Shown: positions 32,535-33,509 of the stretch, piece after piece
How positions within the stretch are numbered: the first letter of the stretch is position 1
Layout: the number at the start of each line of letters is the position of its first letter
IMG/VR virus record: IMGVR_UViG_2778261537_000013
Source of the DNA: a virus
Lineage: Duplodnaviria; Heunggongvirae; Uroviricota; Caudoviricetes
Reading direction: 5' to 3' (one strand)
Length of the DNA: 33,509 bases
Made by a program: the position numbers and the translations under genes
The notes under the pieces: generated by a model
What the model saw: only the letters and a program-made list of their open reading frames with translations
Database searches by the model: none
What the model was told of the DNA's origin: nothing

Positions 32535-33509
32535 ATGAGCATAAAATCAATTCCGGGAGGGTATCTTCTTGACATGCGCCCGGAGGGGCGTAAAGGCAAA
32601 CGCATTCGTAAAAAATTTAAAACGAAATCGGATGCAGTTTTATATGAGCGGTGGGTGCTGGCGCAACAGCATAACAATGAGTGGAAAGGAAACTCTATTG
32701 ATCGCCGTCCTCTGTCAGTGCTTATTGACTTGTGGTGGAAATACCACGGCCAGCTAATGAAGTCAGGGCATAACACGCGCCTTAAATTGCTGCGCTTGAG
32801 TGAGGCAATGGATGACCCGTGCGTGCATAAACTTAATACAACGATGCTCACCGAGCTACGTGTGTCCAGGATAGAGCAGGGGATACAGCCCAGCACCATA
32901 AATCGAGAGATTGGGGCGTTAAGCGCGATGTTTACCGCACTCATCTCATCCGGCCATTTTCTTAACGATAACCCCGTTCAAGGCCTTAAAGGAATGAAGG
33001 TTAACGAGCGCGAAATGGGATATCTGAGTAAGTCTGAATGTGTTCAGTTGCTGGATGCACTGGCTGAAAATCCCGATGAACGGCTGGCTGTCGAAATCCT
33101 TCTGTCGACCGGGGCGCGATGGGGCGAGGTAGCGGCACTGGAGCAGCGCCGTGTTCTTCATTGTCGAATCACTTTTTCAAAAACGAAGAACAGCAAAAAC
33201 CGTACCGTTCCTATTTCTGAAAGCCTGTTTGAAAAGATCAAAAAACGGGGCGGGAAACTGGTGTTTCCGACGCTGGATTATCCATTGGTTCGCGATGTCA
33301 TCAAAACGGTCGCACCTGATGTTCCTGATGGCCAGGCTGTTCATGCGCTGCGCCACACCTTCGCCAGTCATTTCATGATGAACGGCGGCAATATTCTGAC
33401 GCTCCAGAAAATTCTGGGGCACGCAAAGATTCAGACAACGATGATTTATGCCCATCTTGCGCCGGATTACTTGCAGGATGCGGTGAGATTTAATCCTATT
33501 GCTGGGTAA
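32535..33509 (+). CDS. int: Tyrosine integrase (P2 Int-like), 3' end beyond the window
   Basis: From ATG 32535 (MSIKSIPGGYLLDMRPEG...); C-terminal catalytic-region motifs HALRHTFASH and LGHAKIQTTMIYAHL are present. The ORF-track frame is open from 32385; no stop codon before the window end. Confidence 0.9.
   Translation: MSIKSIPGGYLLDMRPEGRKGKRIRKKFKTKSDAVLYERWVLAQQHNNEWKGNSIDRRPLSVLIDLWWKYHGQLMKSGHNTRLKLLRLSEAMDDPCVHKLNTTMLTELRVSRIEQGIQPSTINREIGALSAMFTALISSGHFLNDNPVQGLKGMKVNEREMGYLSKSECVQLLDALAENPDERLAVEILLSTGARWGEVAALEQRRVLHCRITFSKTKNSKNRTVPISESLFEKIKKRGGKLVFPTLDYPLVRDVIKTVAPDVPDGQAVHALRHTFASHFMMNGGNILTLQKILGHAKIQTTMIYAHLAPDYLQDAVRFNPIAG

Larger units (their letters stand above)
1..33509. 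mobile_element. P2-like temperate phage genome (prophage or phage-plasmid), near-complete; integrase truncated by right window edge
   Basis: Co-linear set of P2-type genes recognised from translated ORFs and gene order: ogr, D, FI, FII, E/E', T, U, G, H, I, J, W, V, S, R, lysis genes, X, L, M, N, O, P, Q, A, C, int. No att sites or host flank could be identified inside the window. Confidence 0.9.

Overview
This window is a near-complete P2-like (Peduovirus-type) temperate phage genome of about 33.5 kb. It runs ogr, D, tail genes, baseplate and fiber genes, lysis cassette, head genes, P, Q, a noncoding cos-proximal region, an accessory region, replication gene A, the early region, cox-like and C, then int, which runs off the right edge. 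All functional calls come from reading the translated ORFs and the DNA by eye against recalled families (P2 gene products, R1 ParM/ParR, Hok/Gef, chymotrypsin-fold proteases, hexapeptide acyltransferases, M15 peptidases); no database search was run. Four things stand out. (1) The FI-FII-E/E'-T-U tail block is on the plus strand while D, ogr and the whole O-to-G late block are on the minus strand, which looks like a ~5.7 kb inversion relative to canonical P2 order. (2) Plasmid-type stability functions are embedded: an actin-like ParM plus ParR pair downstream of A, and a Hok/Mok-like type I toxin locus at the left edge, which raises a phage-plasmid hypothesis. (3) There are three visibly AT-rich cargo insertions: a cytoplasmic trypsin-like serine protease between ogr and D, a hexapeptide-repeat acetyltransferase at the Z/fun position between U and G, and an orphan 135-aa protein next to cos. 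(4) Several noncoding regions are repeat-rich: the C/cox operator palindrome, parC-like repeats upstream of parM, and a structured ~320 bp region in the early operon. No rRNA, tRNA or CRISPR array was found.
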